NCBI GenBank assembly: GCA_964304625.1
Contig: OZ199840.1
Span: forward strand, 2,965,189 to 3,029,188
Length of the DNA: 64,000 bases
From: Kudoa neothunni
Taxonomy: Eukaryota; Animalia; Cnidaria
Direction of reading: 5' to 3'
The notes beneath the pieces were generated by a model. That model worked only from the letters and a program-made list of their open reading frames with translations. It was not told where the DNA came from and made no database searches. Shown here in pieces: positions 1-14,483 of this stretch; position 1 is the stretch's first letter; each line of letters begins with the position of its first letter. Both the position numbers and the translations under genes were made by a program.

Positions 1-2253
1 TTACAGCATTTAAATAGTGATATAATAATTGAAGAGCTCATTAAATAATCTCTCCTAAGGTATTGTCTTTATATATATTTCGCTACATTGTTATTAATAA
101 ACTAATAAACAAGGATTTTTAGTTGTTAATCTGCTTATTTTATTTACAAAAAGTTATGTGGATATTATCTGTATTACGCTAGTAAACTATGAGATTAAAA
201 TAATTTTATTTATCAATTTATTTGACATTTTTGTTTCGATATAACATGAGTTTTCATTATGTTTCTATTTTATAAAATAATCATGTATTATTAGCATCAC
301 ATATTAATCGTTTCGGATGTGTGTGATTGAATGGTTCAGGTTTACTTATTTTGGAAAAAGCTTTTCTCATATTAAAGATGATTAAAAAATACGGTCAGGG
401 TTGAAGAAAAATTTTATTCCTTTGAATAATCTTATTTAAAAGTTTATCTTTACGTTATTGTATAAAACTGATTTTTTATAGATGAAAAATATATTGCATC
501 TTCAGTATATCAAGAATAAACATCATAAATAAAATCCTAAAATATAAAAATAATCATTTTGACTTTAAAATATTGTTAAAAATTAACCCAAGGATAAATA
601 TATTAACTAAACACAGTGAGTTCTCGATATTTCATAACTTTTCTTTGGTCCTAAAAAGTCATGCAGTTAGAAACACTTACGCATTTATTAGGCTCACATG
701 CGCGAAATATAGCTAGTTTATTGTTGAATTATTCTACTCTAAGGTATTTTTTAATCGAATATTTTTTAAAGCTCATTAAAAGAATATAAGGGAAGCAATT
801 CTGCAGTGAATTTGCTTTAGAAGCACACTCATAATTAAATTAATGCCATTATTTGATTCTCAAGTTGAACACGTTTCCTCAAACGCCTAAAAATTGTTAT
901 CTTCATCATTTTCTCAGACCTCCTAAAATTTATAAGGAATGTTATTTATCAATTTTTCATTTTCAATCTTGGTTTCCACTATTATATTTAAGTTCTCAAT
1001 TTAGTTATCTTATGAAATGATTTAAAAGAATAATGCATCCAAATTATGTTCATTCGTAAAAATGAAGGCAAGTTCAAAAAATTAATCCCCTATTTGAGTA
1101 TTTACGTCGAAAAGTCATAACTCTGGATTAAATTTTATAAGGTTTAAATGTCATTATTTTTACGCCACATTTATTGATTTTAAGGGATTGAATTTATGCT
1201 AAAATATTTGATTCTATATATCGTTGAATAAATATTTCTTTAACACACAGTAATATTCTATGCCAAGAACTTCACATAATTCTATGATAAATGAGTTATA
1301 CTAAACTTAGGGGAGTTTTTGAACCGTCTCTGGATGTGAAGATCATCTATATATATGAGGTAAAAATCATTTTATTTTGTTTGGAAAAATTCAGATATAA
1401 ATCCTTCAATTTTTTCCGTTGGATGAGGTTTTTTGATTCGATTGTGAATGGTATTTCATACATAAATAATTTATTTCCTTTAAAATTTTGGATTTTATAA
1501 TTTAATCTATGGTAAATAGAGTAACTTTCCCTCTCAAGGAACCAATCCCTAGTGTGGTTTCACCTTTTTCATAATGCATACATCATTTTAAAATTTGATT
1601 CCTAATGATTTTTAAACAAATTTTGTGCATCACTTTTATTTAAATAGAGCCTTAAATCCAATGTTAGTACAATTTAGTTTTTATATTTGTAAATTATAAC
1701 TGAAAAACTAAATGCCAATTCATAAACATCATAATTATGGTATTCCTCACACATATACATTATTTACTGCTCTTACACTAAAAATGACTTTCACATTCGA
1801 ACACAAAATTTTGCGTCAGTTGGGATCAATAATACCATTATCGATACTCTGGAGTTTAAAATTTTAATAATTAAGAAGTTGAAAAATATTTTCATTTTAT
1901 CCCTAATCGCAGTCATGTTGTATGGTGGTAGTTTTATAATCGCTTTAACTTACATTAGTTAAATTCTTCTTTAGTTCGAGAACTATTTAAACTTAATAAT
2001 TAATTATTAAATCATGGATCTAATTTTTATTGTTAAGTTATTGGAATTACAATATGCACCATTCATTTTAACTGTTAAGACTATTCGATGTTATAGTCTG
2101 TTGCCTTCTTGCATCTAGTTCCACAGTACAAAATATCACGAAATAATACACCAACAGTAATAGGTTATCTAATTAAGGTTCGTTTTTGCGCCAGATTCAA
2201 CCGCCTCTTAATTCCTCATGAGAGATTAGCGGCACCCCCCATTGATTATCACA

Positions 2254-2340
2254 CAGTCGTGTCTCGGTATTGCGTAGAAAATTTGGACCGCTAACCTATT
2301 ACACAATACAAAATTTTCACGCAATATCGAGGCACGACTA
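2254..2340. mobile_element. 87-bp Tc1/pogo(Tigger)-like micro-MITE
   Basis: CAGTCGTGTCTCGGTATTGCGT at 2254 is the near-perfect reverse complement of ACGCAATATCGAGGCACGACTA ending 2340; CAGT terminus, followed by TA. Confidence 0.6.
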
Positions 2341-3949
2341 TATATCTTTTTAACATTAACTCTATGTTATTGATTCATCAAACCGTAACATTCAAATTTT
2401 CCAACCAACAGCTCGTTAGGATTTAGTTATACAGAGCTTTAGGAAACTAAGATTCAAGGATTATGAGATTGAAATCCAGAAATTGGTTGCGCAATAGCGA
2501 AACCAATCAAAATTCCTCATTTTTTAATAATTCAAATTTAATTTAAATATATGACGTGGATTTCGTTGGATAATTAATAACAAATGGCGCATTTAAATAA
2601 ATATACTTATATTGAATAATACACAGAAGATAAACGTTAAATTAATCAATATCGAAGTCTTAACCCTCGAAGGATGGTGACCCAAACAATTACGTGTGTT
2701 CCCAAGGGGGTCGGTTTGCGACCCTAGTGGTTTTCTACTATAATGATTGACTATGATTCTACCATTTGGTAGAGAGACTAATTAATCTTTTGACTATTAA
2801 AATATATGCTTAAAATAACCAGGCGAAAAAGAATTTGTTAACAATATCGTAACCATTTCAGGAGACATTACCAATTAGACCTATTCAAACGAAACTTAAA
2901 TGGTAACTTTAACAGATTTAACTATTTTGGTTTAGTTTTTAATTAAATTGACTAAAATGGAAGCTTTTACGCCACTTTTAACACCAATATTAGGCTGATA
3001 TGATAGACCATGGCAGTAACGGATGTTTATCTCCAGTGACTTTCGGTAATTTAATATTCATTTATAAATTAAAATATGTTTACAACACATCTTGAGAAAT
3101 AAAGAATAACGTTAATTCTAAATAAGTAAGGATGAATTTATTTGAATTATGAGAGAAAATATTTTTTATCAGAATATGAATATGATTCAAAGCTTATGTC
3201 TTTTAGCATGGTTTTAATCGTTCCACTAGTTCTAAGGAAACATTCCAGCTTAATTTCACTAAATATTAAAAAAAAATTTTTTAACATAAATGGAACTGTT
3301 TAATTTTATGGAAATGGGTGAATTGTTGAAATTTGGCCATATCATGACACAAAAATAATGCGACTAAGTTTTAATCGATTAATTATTAAACTAAACAATT
3401 AAATTCAAGAAAAATAATGTCACCCTTCAATTTACTATAATTTAAATTTAATTTACTGAAAAAATAAACATTATGAAATATTTAAAAAGCACATCAAGCG
3501 CCTATTTCGGATTTCAACGCGCAATAACCAGGGCGACAATATTAGAGGGGTCAATCTCTTTAACCCTATTCCATTTTCGGAACCTTATATTAAATAACAA
3601 GAATGGTTAAAAATTACAATATTCCTCAATTTAGTCGTGACAATATATATTGAGATTATCATTATTCTTATCACGTAAATTAATACACTTTACACAACCA
3701 TATAAAATATTTTTTAAATTACGTGTATCAATGCTACGTAACATCAACCGCAATTATTGAACCGTTAAATCCTATAATTAATCTGGAATTTTGTATTTAT
3801 AAACAATACACAATAATCTAAGAATACACGAACTCAAAAATTAAAATAAAATGTTTAAGTAGGGAAAAATAAACATTAACCAAAAGTGGGGTCACGAATG
3901 ACCTCGTATGATCCCAGGAGTGTTAATGTAAATATGAATATACAGTATA

Positions 3950-4761
3950 CAGTCGGTGGCTGGTTCTACTAATTTTTTAAAAAGAAGCGCAATTTGAATA
4001 ATCAAATTCACTATCAATATAGAATATTTTTTACATGTTTTTATTAAAGAATTTAGATCTAAATAATATAGTACGGTTGAGAATTTTCCGACTTCTTGAT
4101 CACGTGACTACCCAGTTTTACCCATTAAAAAAATAGATGAATTTTAATGTTCGAAAGAATTAAGTGAAATGAAAAAAATCAAAACATGAATTAATAAAAT
4201 ATGTCCACAATATCTCCCCGAAAGCTGTCAAATTTGTTACTATAAAGCATCAGATATATCCTTCATATCCAACCCCTTTGGCACCTTAAAAACCCAAATA
4301 AAATTGTTTAAATTACTGAATACAAATCGATTAATGTTTTCAGTTGCGAATTTATTAAAATGAGTTTAAAAAATTATCCAATTTTGACAAAAAAGGAACA
4401 ATCGATCGATCATGATCGCATTGGTGAAAGCTGTATTCCAAAATATTTTGACGAATTTTTTGTGATCAAAATAACTAATTATTTGTCCCTTAAATGTATG
4501 CAATTCAATTATATTAAATAATTAAGAATATTATTATATGCGCGTGCTAATAAGTGCTTAAAACCAGACGTTGCCAATTCCACACACATTTTTCCGCGAT
4601 GCCGAAGGGATTACTCAAACCCGGGTAACGAGTGTGCCTTCATTAAAAATTTATTAAACTTCATTACAAAAACTTGCGCATTTCAATTATGTTATTTAAT
4701 AAATAATCGAATAATTTCCTGTAATTCGCGCGCAAAAGATGCGTAAACCAATCACTGGCTG
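3950..4761. mobile_element. Tc1/mariner-type MITE (degenerate)
   Basis: TA|CAGTCGGTGGCTGGTT on the left versus reverse complement TA|CAGCCAGTGATTGGTT on the right; no ORF inside. Confidence 0.45.
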
Positions 4762-5457
4762 TATACAGATATTTATCCACTTAAACTCCAAAATTTTTTT
4801 GATATACAAAAATTTAAGAGAAAGTGGAAATAATATACAAGCTAAATTTAATGTTTAACATACATTTTTTTGTTAATTATTGTAGTCTTATGAGATTACG
4901 CGTGCTTCCGAGTTGGTTCGAATTTAGAATGGGAAAATATTTTAAAAATAACTATGTTTAAATCTCAACCTTCCTATCACTCTGATCTGATTTTTGAAGA
5001 TAATCGTAGGGAAGTTTGCATAAACAATCACATCCAAAATGGTGATTTTTAGGTTCCTACACTACTCTCCAATCACAATTTTAGATAAAAATTCAGAATC
5101 CATGTGAAAATTGGATTTTATTATAGCACAGAACGTATTATTTATCAAATCACCTAGTTCAGTCAATATTTATTCATTACGAGTTAAATCCTTGCACGCT
5201 TTCAAATATCGCGTGATAGACGAGTATATAAACCGGCGTCGGCCGACTTTTGTCGTTAAAATCCATGATGTAACATCTTTCGGGACTAAGTGTTGTTTGT
5301 GCTGATAAATTTCACTGATTGGATTTATATTTTTGTTTTTATGATGATTTACACCGCCCCAGTCTTATGTAAAATGATGAACGGTTGATCTGAAAACAAT
5401 GAAACCATTAGTTAAAAATTAATAAAAACCCATTGTTTGTGAGCTTCTGGTTGCGTT

Positions 5458-5543
5458 GGCAATGATGATAGCTCAGATATGATTTCACACAGGGGGTTGT
5501 TTATAGCCCTCCATAACGTGATTCAGATTATGAGAGCTGAGCC
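5458..5543 (+). ncRNA. candidate box C/D snoRNA
   Basis: ggc-a-ATGATGA (5462-5468) ... CTGA (5537-5540)-gcc: box C, box D and a 3-bp closing stem over 86 nt in a GC-richer island; no rRNA target recognised. Confidence 0.25.
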
Positions 5544-6033
5544 GCTTTTATTCTGCCTTAACTTGGACATTTCTTGCTCATATGAATGTTAGAGTTGTGT
5601 GTTTTTTAAGGCGGCTAGGCCCCAAAATCTTACTGGTTCGATGCGGGATGACATATGACATGTGAGGGAACGAATGAGCCTGTGACTTCGACTGTATTTC
5701 GAGTATTTGGCTCATTCTCATTTTTTGTGAAAGCCCCATTGAGAATAGTTTTCAATTTTGTTAATCACCTAAATATTAACAACAGCATGGTACAAATAAA
5801 CTGTTAATATTCATTGCTTTCGCAATAGTTAGAGCTCGATATTATGAGATCTCCATAGGCTTGTTGGATCCAATCATTAATTTCAAAATCGTCTTGTCAA
5901 CCAATCAAAGTGTGGTTCTTTAGTTATATTGAATTTTATTTACCTAAAGGACAAGTTGATAAAATATTGGATCGTATTGGATAATTGTTGATTGCGTAAA
6001 TAAGAGTGAGGATCGCCTTTTTTTGTTCTAAAG

Positions 6034-6500
6034 CAGTGTTTCCCAACCTCTTTTCTGTCGCGCTCCACCTTTTGCAAAAGTATTGTTTTTTAATTTAAAC
6101 TGTTTATAACATTGAATGAAGCTCCCTATCACACCAAAATTTGAATGCAATTAATATATACTTCTTTTCTCATTAAAATTAAAATGTATTAGACAAGCTC
6201 TAACTAAATTTATCCATGGACCTTAAAAATTTAATCTTTAATTCTTCATACTGCCAAAGACAGCGTCAGGTGAATCTCATGATAATCTAACCTCCATTAG
6301 GAAAGACTTTGGTGTATACGGGGCTAATGGACCGAAAATAAATAATATAAATACAAAATTAATCAATATTATATTAGATTTAATAAAAAAAGGGGATATG
6401 CTATTCTAAATGAGACACGATTGTGAATCGAACCATTCTGATTCCATCTGGATGAAGATGTCAAATATTGCTAATAATTTTTATATAATTAGTCGTTGCT
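6034..6500 (+). mobile_element. hAT (Buster-type) MITE, 3'-truncated copy
   Basis: Starts CAGTGTTTCCCAACC after ttcTAaag; body colinear with copies at 40115 and 55678; right TIR not found, end approximate. Confidence 0.6.
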
Positions 6501-7166
6501 ATTTTCAATGTTATTTTAAAAAGCTCAATTAACTGGGAAATTTGAGAATAATTATAAATATTATGTTAATACATATCTTTTATAAAATATATGGAACTTT
6601 TTAATTTATTTATTATCAAAATATACTTATCTAATAAAAAAATATAAATAAGAAACCATACTAATTAGTATGAAGCCAAAAATTCTGATATTATATGAAA
6701 AAATTACGCCCGCTTTTTAATTTATTTCAAGTAGTTTCCGTTGTAACCAATTAAAGTAAGTTACCTGCCTCGGTATAAGCACATGAGATATTCCTTGTGG
6801 TACTTAAATATTTTAGTTTCTTGCGATCACCGATAAGAGGTAATATAAGCTGATTTTATATTTTTTCAATTAAAATAAAATTTGAACTGTTTCGTAAAGC
6901 TATTTTGGATACATGAATTTTTCGAAATATTATGAATCCTCGCAAAATTTTCATTGAGGAAACCAATGCTCCTAATCAATCGTTAACAATAATAGTAACT
7001 CAGTTAACGTGAATGATATCATATAAACCTGGTATTGAAATATTGAGAAACTTCATTTTACAACGTTAATGAAGAGGTATTAAATAACAATCAAAACATA
7101 ATAAAAGATTATTCCAGACATAGAATATAAACGATTGATATATTATTGGAGTAAGTTATCAGGTTA

Positions 7167-8399
7167 TTACTCCTTATAATGTTTGAGAACTTTTTCAACC
7201 TCATCTTTTGATCCCATGTATATAGGAGATGTTTGATGGATATATGCTGGTTGGATGTCAAGAATATCTTGGGCGGGTGTCACGGCCAATCCGCCAGCAC
7301 TCACAACAATGTAGGCCATGGGAATACATTCATAGAGCAATCTCAACTGAAAACCAAATCACATGAATGAATGAATGAATTCCACCCAATGAATACCTTT
7401 CCTTTGGGGAACTGCTTTGTGGAAGGGTAGATGTAAATTCCTCCATACATTAGAGTACGGTGGATGTCGCTAACCATTGAGCCAACATACCTTCCTTTGT
7501 ACTGTTCTTTGGGATTCTAGAAGATATGATTAGGCATTAGATTCAATTAAAGCTGTTTAGATAATTTTAAATACATTTGGATTTTTGATATCATTCAAAT
7601 AGCTGATAAGATGGGGGTCGAAAGAACTGGCAGCACCTTCGTTAATACTATAGATGTGGCCCATACTTGGTACTCGAACATTCTTATGTGTTAGGATAAA
7701 TTCGCCCACTCCCTAAAGCAATAAACTTCCATACACCACATAAAGATGCGATTTACTGGCTCTAAGGTGAATAAATTCACATGATTGTTAATAGCGAGTA
7801 CCATAACAGTGGCACTACCGTATAACACATATCCAGCGGCTATAAGATCATTTCCACGTTGAAACATGTCACTGTCTTTTGTAGCACCATCGGGTTTTTT
7901 CCAGATGGCAAAAATGGATCCAATAGGAGCCAAGCAGTCAATGTTACTGGATCCATCAAGCGGATCAAATGCTACAATATATCGAGAAGACTCAGAGCAT
8001 GGCAAGTCGATTGAATGTTCGATTTCTTCAGAAATTAGAGTACAAGCAGTTCGTGAGGATGTAATATAATTGATGAAAAGTTCGTTGGAAATGACGTCTA
8101 GTTTTTTTTGAGTGTCCCCAGTTGTGTTGGTAGCACCACTCAAACCAAATCTATTCGCAATGAAACCCGTTAAATAATGATTTAAATCAATTCTATAGAT
8201 TTCGCGCCCACTAAAATTTATACATTTTGACAATTCCAGCTCTTCTCACAGCCATAGCTATAGTTTTGCATGCAGTAGCAATGGAAAATAACAAGTGTGT
8301 TAAATCACCCCTGGCGCTTGGATATTTCTTTTGCACGAGCAATATCCATCTGCCGAGGGTCATGCAATCAAGATCAATACCATCAACATTCACCGACAT
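7167..8399 (-). CDS. FBP: fructose-1,6-bisphosphatase class I (5 exons)
   Basis: Motifs [48 protein letters not shown]; GT-AG introns at 8151-8223, 7713-7756 and two more downstream; ATG 8399, TAA 7167. Confidence 0.96.
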
Positions 8400-11210
8400 T
8401 GGGAACAACTAACAGCAGTCACTTGATTAGGATTTAGATTGGAGCCTAGGATTATTTTTAAAAAATATGTAAAGTATTTAACTTTCTCGGCTCGCAGAGA
8501 TATCATTTTGGTATTAAAACGCTCATTTATTTTGATATATTTTATAGGAATAAAAAAGTTGTCAAATTTTGCGGAAAGGATTTTTGTTTACGCCACCTAT
8601 CACCAACGGTCTAATCCCAAGTTACGCAATAATTCCTATGGAGACGAAATCTCTTTTCATATTTGGCGCTCCAGTCATCCAAACATGAGAGTTTGAGTGT
8701 AGTAGAACAGTCAGTGAAAATCGGGGAAGGTCGCTTATCAACTGGTTGGTTAAATAGTTGATACAAATCTGCATTTAATATCGTCTAATGTGAATTTTAG
8801 TCAGTAGCTAGATGTAAAAAAGATTATTGTTCTTCATTTACGGAAAATTTTAGTAGTAGACCTAGATTCCCAAAATATCTCCATATTCTGAGTTACACCT
8901 AAGCACATCACTAGAATAATATTCGCTGTATTTTCATAGTGTGGGCCTATTCACGATTATTAGTGAGGGAGAAAACTTAGATGAATACAGAAATTGAGTG
9001 AAGAAAACGCAGAAGTATGACCTAAACTCCATTCTCACATATGAGCTACATTAACTCAGTCTTCTTCCGAAATATTCAATCTGCATTTTATAGTTTTCCT
9101 GTGTGCGAAACTTTGGATTTGAAATTTCGCTATTATGCTGACTCGGCTTTTTGAGAGAGATAAGTTTTGACGCAGTTCCTTTTACGATAAAAAGCTTCTG
9201 GTTAAGATCTCATTAATGTATTTCAAATCTTGGAAGGTGCCATCACATTCAAACATGATTGCATACAAAGCTAATATGACAAAAACTAGAAAAAATGAAT
9301 TATTAATCAAAATGTGCTGAAATTGAACCAGAAATAATAATTATTGTGAGTATTTTAACCATTATTTACATATCTACGTATGTGTTAACTGGATGATTTT
9401 GATTTTAAATAATGAGGGAATTTTAACGTCGACTATAGGATAATCAACTATTCGACATTACATAAAGTAGCCGCAATGTAAAAATTCACCAATGCATCCT
9501 CTCACATTTTAACAACGCTAGAAATCGTCGATATTTGAATTAATTTTGAAAAACTCTCAAAAAACGCCATGATAACGAGTATTTTTTTTTAATTTTTATC
9601 ATTATGTTCTAGAGATAATCGTAAATTTATAAGTATCATAATATTTTTTATGATTTAGGAAAATACCTCTAAGTCTTAATTTTCTCGTTTTGATATGGTT
9701 ATTTGTAAGATTTTACCGTATGACACCTAAGATGGAGGATATCTCCCTCCGTTAGACTACGTTTATTGAACTTATCATTATAATATAGTAGGATAGGATG
9801 GCATTGGTTGAAACTAGTTTTAAGCTGATGCTCCGGATAAATAATAAAATTTTTTAAATTTATCGATATTCCTCCCACTGAACTATTGTAAACTCATTAA
9901 CATTTCCAAATAAAAGTACAAGCATCAATGAAAAAATTATATCAAATACCTTACGATGCACCGTATTTTATTTCCTAAAAAACTTCTAGATCAACCTTAA
10001 ATGTATCACCTACTACTCATGTGTTGCAAATATTTCTGCCCCGAATAAGATTATGAGCAGCAGATATAAAAATCTTATAAAGGAAGATGATCCAGAATTG
10101 GAAAAACAAAACTATTCGTTTCCTGGGTGAGAATACATGATTCATTTAAATTATTTTCACTATTTAATTCCATCATCTATAGTTGTACATATTTTCATAG
10201 ATATCTTTATTTATTTATTATGATAATTTTGCGGATATCTTTCCTTGTTGACCATAAGGAAAAAATTTTTAGTTGATTATTGGCTAAATTCCTTAGATTT
10301 ATAACTTTACAAGAGAAAAATTGTGATTTAAACGTACGACCCCAAGCTATATGATTATAAGTATCATATAATTTAACACATATATTCTCAGCTAAAAAAG
10401 CCCATAGAGGGTTTTTTGTTGTATAATTTAGTATATATTTATTTTTTGCATATAATAATTTTTATAATAAATTTCTTCTTTGTCGTTTTGTTTTAATTAA
10501 TATAAATGATATTTTCAAGGCGGCCTCACAGATATGATTATGTATGTGTGTAACTAATTATGTCGTCATCGACGAGAATTCGTTACACCTAATTTTAAAA
10601 TCCTTCCTCAACTTTTTCTTATATAATCAAGATGCAATAAAAAACAAACACATTTGACGAATTCAATTTCTCATGAGAAGTTGCAACTCTTGCATTACAA
10701 TATGGGAGAGGCTAGTTACATTGTTAATTTTTAATCCTAAATAGCGCGGTACGCACGCGCGTTAACAACTTTAAATCCTACTAACTTTTATTTACAAAGT
10801 ATATAAAAACCTAATTTTTAAGAATTTTCTATATTTATTTGTTTTCGTTCTACCGCTTCGATCTTTGGAATAAAAAATAATTAATATTGTCAAAATTAAT
10901 GGAACCTGATTATTATTCACCATGCAAATAATCGTTTCTTACAATATCATACATCGAAAAGAACACTAACGAAAATAATTAATGTTTATTATTAATTTTT
11001 TTATCATATTTATTAAATATTTTTCAATTGAAATATAGTTTTTATCATTATCAATTATTTTGTACAGCGAATACGTAATTTTGATTCGGATAAATAATAA
11101 TTGTGTAAATATAATTAAATCCGACATACCGAATAAACTAAAGTAGGTAGCTAATTTTCCGAACTTTCGAGATTCTTACGATAAAAATTTTAGAAACGGT
11201 CTTATTTTAA

Positions 11211-11286
11211 CCTTTCAAGCATCTTTGGGATCCATTGGACCCCACTCGAAGGAATGTGTAACGTGAGTTTTCAGGCGCTCGGAAGG
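11211..11286. mobile_element. 76-bp piggyBac-like micro-MITE
   Basis: TTAA|CCTTTCAAGC...GCTCGGAAGG|CTAA termini; internal GGGATCCATTGGACCCC palindrome like those of the larger TTAA MITEs in the window. Confidence 0.45.
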
Positions 11287-11395
11287 CTAAGGTCTAGCTC
11301 AGCACTAGTAGCAGTAGATAAATACCAAATAAACGATTGTCAAATCATATAAATTGTGATGGCGTATGAAAAAAAAACAACGAACAATTTTGAAG

Positions 11396-12458
11396 CTAAG
11401 CACGATGCTCCATAAAAGTAGAAATCGCTCTGTACACAAATCGATACTGGTCAAGAGTTTGAACCATTAGTGGCCGGGATAATCTGTGAAATAATTTTTC
11501 AAAAAGGTTTGGACCAAAGCAACTCACCTCAAATTTTTAACAAAATCGCAGATATTCACCGAACTGCCATCTTTGAGATAATGTCTAATGGCGTTATCGA
11601 ATGTTATGAAAGAGCCTGTTCTTCCCACACCAGCGCTACAATGAACCACCTAACAGAAATTAAATTAATTAAATCAAATCTTCATAGTTCAGTGTTAAAT
11701 GAAAAATCAACAAAAATTTAATGGCCCAACCTTTGGGCTAGAATCGAATTCGGTATCGTGGAGAATCGATTGTTGAAATGCAATAAAGTTTGTTGGATTA
11801 TTAGGAACTTTTTGATCTTTCCATTCGGTAAAATGGTAATGTTTAATTAGTCTTGAGAATTGATTATTGAAATCCATTCTCAAGAGTGTAGTTTCAGAGT
11901 ATGAAGTGGATTCACTTGAAACGATACTAATAGTCATTTGATTGGGGAGCGAAAGAGGGATTCCCAGCTGTGGTAAATAGTTGTAACATTTTATAACACC
12001 ACTTTCTACAAAACCAGTCAGCTGGACAATACATTTGACCTGGTATTGGTCAATCATATCATAAAAATCCACAAGTGTATTTTCTAGTGGCCCATTAATA
12101 GCAATATAGTCCCGGTCCGAATTAATTCCTCCTATCCAGGAACCATTACAATAATCGGAATCAGCATAAGTCCTCGGTTTCAGATGAACCAACGAAAAAT
12201 CAGCAGGTATAACATCGGCATATCGATTTTTATGGATATTCACCGGAAGATGTCCAATAGTGGAAGTTGCTAACATTACTTGACTTATATCAAAAAATTC
12301 ATCTCTGATATGATCACCCGATGATTTAGTAGATTCAAGGTCCAATTTGAATAGGTCAGAAAACTCTAAAATTAACCACATTAATACGACGAAATTGTCG
12401 ATGACAGTAAACAAATAATGTAAATCAATCTGATACGTCGCTCCCTTGGGCACGTCAT
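11396..12458 (-). CDS. classical protein tyrosine phosphatase, single catalytic domain (4 exons as read)
   Basis: KNRY, DYCNGS, YIAINGP, HFTEWKDQKVP; after splicing VVHCSAGVGRTG and MVQTLDQYRF; stop TAG 11396; first exon MTCPRER at 12458 is tentative. Confidence 0.92.
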
Positions 12459-13689
12459 AACTCGATCAAATCGAAAATTTTATGAAGAAACAAATGCGGC
12501 AAATAATAGAAGGTGAGCGGTTTGATGATTTGCTAAACTCCTAAAACCTTCACCTTTTTATCGGGACTTCGTCGATCAATTCCGGTATCAAGTGTTATCG
12601 CTTGTTTTTAATTTACCTTATTAGAACAGCTTAGTTGATGCGTCAAATCAAGAAATATCAATATTAAGATTAAATATTGATTATTGGATACTAGCGGTTT
12701 CTTTATTATATAATGACCCACGACAGGTAAAATAGGTTGCGTGAAGTTTCTCTCATGTTTGTGATTGTTGAGATTATTTTAAAACTAAACGAATAATCAT
12801 ATGGTCACGTGGGTTTGATATTTTTCTTACATCTCGTCTATTAATAGAGTATTAAGCCCAAATAATACTGTCGGAAGATCCGATGCAGTCGTTGCTGACA
12901 AATATTTTTCACCTGGATACAATAGAAGGATAACGCCTAATGTGATAAATTAATAAAATATTGATCAACGTATGTTTATTCATTGGTCCATATTTAAATG
13001 GACTAAATTGTGTGAATCTGAGACGTAAGCTGTGTACTCTTATTTTTATTTCTAACAAATTATCGAACCCTACCAAAAAATCATTTTCAATGTACCGTTG
13101 CATAAAAGTAAAAATAGGGAATATTTGTAATATTATGGACATTAATTTTATAATTATCATAAGAGTTCAAAAATTCAAGATTCTCTTCTTGTATTTAATA
13201 TTCGGTTAATACATAGGGCTCACCACCTTATTTTACAAGAAATCTAAAATCTATCATTATCTATCCGAAAAAAATTCGTTAAGTTTTGTTAATCGCGTAC
13301 TTTGAGCAGATTTGGTCGTTAATGCTGAAATGAGCGGCCTCATTTAATGCCCTTAATTTTATTAAAAATTGAAATATAAGCAGTTTTATTATAATATCAA
13401 AATACGACAAAATAGATAAAGTTTGCTCTTTTAAACTTTTTTAGACATTTTAAAATATGATATAGGGTCACGCTTGTCTTATGACTAAGGTTGGCTTTAC
13501 TTGAATCTAATTTTTTTAACATTAAATTAAATTTTGAATTACATTGAAACAGAACTAGTGCGTAATAGACCCCATTCGTAATCGGTTATTATGATTGCAT
13601 TAAACTAAATTTTTTTCGTCACTTACTGATTAAAATAACACAAAATATTCGTGTTTATTATTTATGTGGAAGAAAACAAAAATAAACTC

Positions 13690-14110
13690 CGTCCTAGAAG
13701 TGTGCTTAAACCCCGATTTGTTCGTATTTCGAACAAATTTTTCCCATGAAAAATAATGAAAATTAATTTACTACGCTACCGCGCACCAAATAAATGACTA
13801 TTTTTATTCCCATCCATTAAAGAAAATCATGCCTTATGTTTATAAAACGTAACAAGTAAATATTAAATATAATAACTAAAATAAAATATAGGATAAGTAT
13901 TATTTGGGTATCATACAATGGATTATAAAGAGTTCTCTTTCGCTGACGTTCACATAATTTGATTGAACTACTCTTCTTCTAAAATTTTTTGTCTTCTCTG
14001 TTTTATGCTCTAACTGGATTTTTTCTGAGTATCCTTTCTATATTTGTTTGAACTCAAAATTTTTGGTCGAACTCCAAGGTTGTTCTGTAATCGGAATCTC
14101 TCTCTAAAAC
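13690..14110. mobile_element. possible pogo/Tigger-type MITE remnant
   Basis: ttcgtatttcgaacaaatttttcccatgaaaaataatg resembles the subterminal sequence of Tigger-like MITEs (from memory); ends not resolved. Confidence 0.3.
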
Positions 14111-14483
14111 ATACCGAGTATGATGCATTCGCAATCGAAGTTAAAATAAGTCTGATAAACAAATATTTATTAGATGAATTATAATGAAAATTGGTTTATG
14201 TATTCAGTATACTATTTTTTATTTATTAGCGTATGAAATTTAAAGTGATAATTAAACTCTTTGTCATTTGTAAATAAATTGTTGATAAAATATTTTCGTA
14301 GTCAAAAGTATGTAAAGTGTATTATATTTAATTTTAAATGAAAGGAGAAATAAATTATTCGATGCTTTAAAAAAGATTTATTTCTTAAACATGTTATTTT
14401 TTTAAATAAACTATAGGACAAATAAGTATTATAATTTAATTAGCGTCAAGATTGGGTTTTTTTGTTTGTTGAATTATTTTGGA

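Noticed and set aside
5705-5745. RNase MRP-like motifs (GGCTCATTCTCA, GAAAGCCCC)
   Set aside because: Wrong order and no complementary P4 partner
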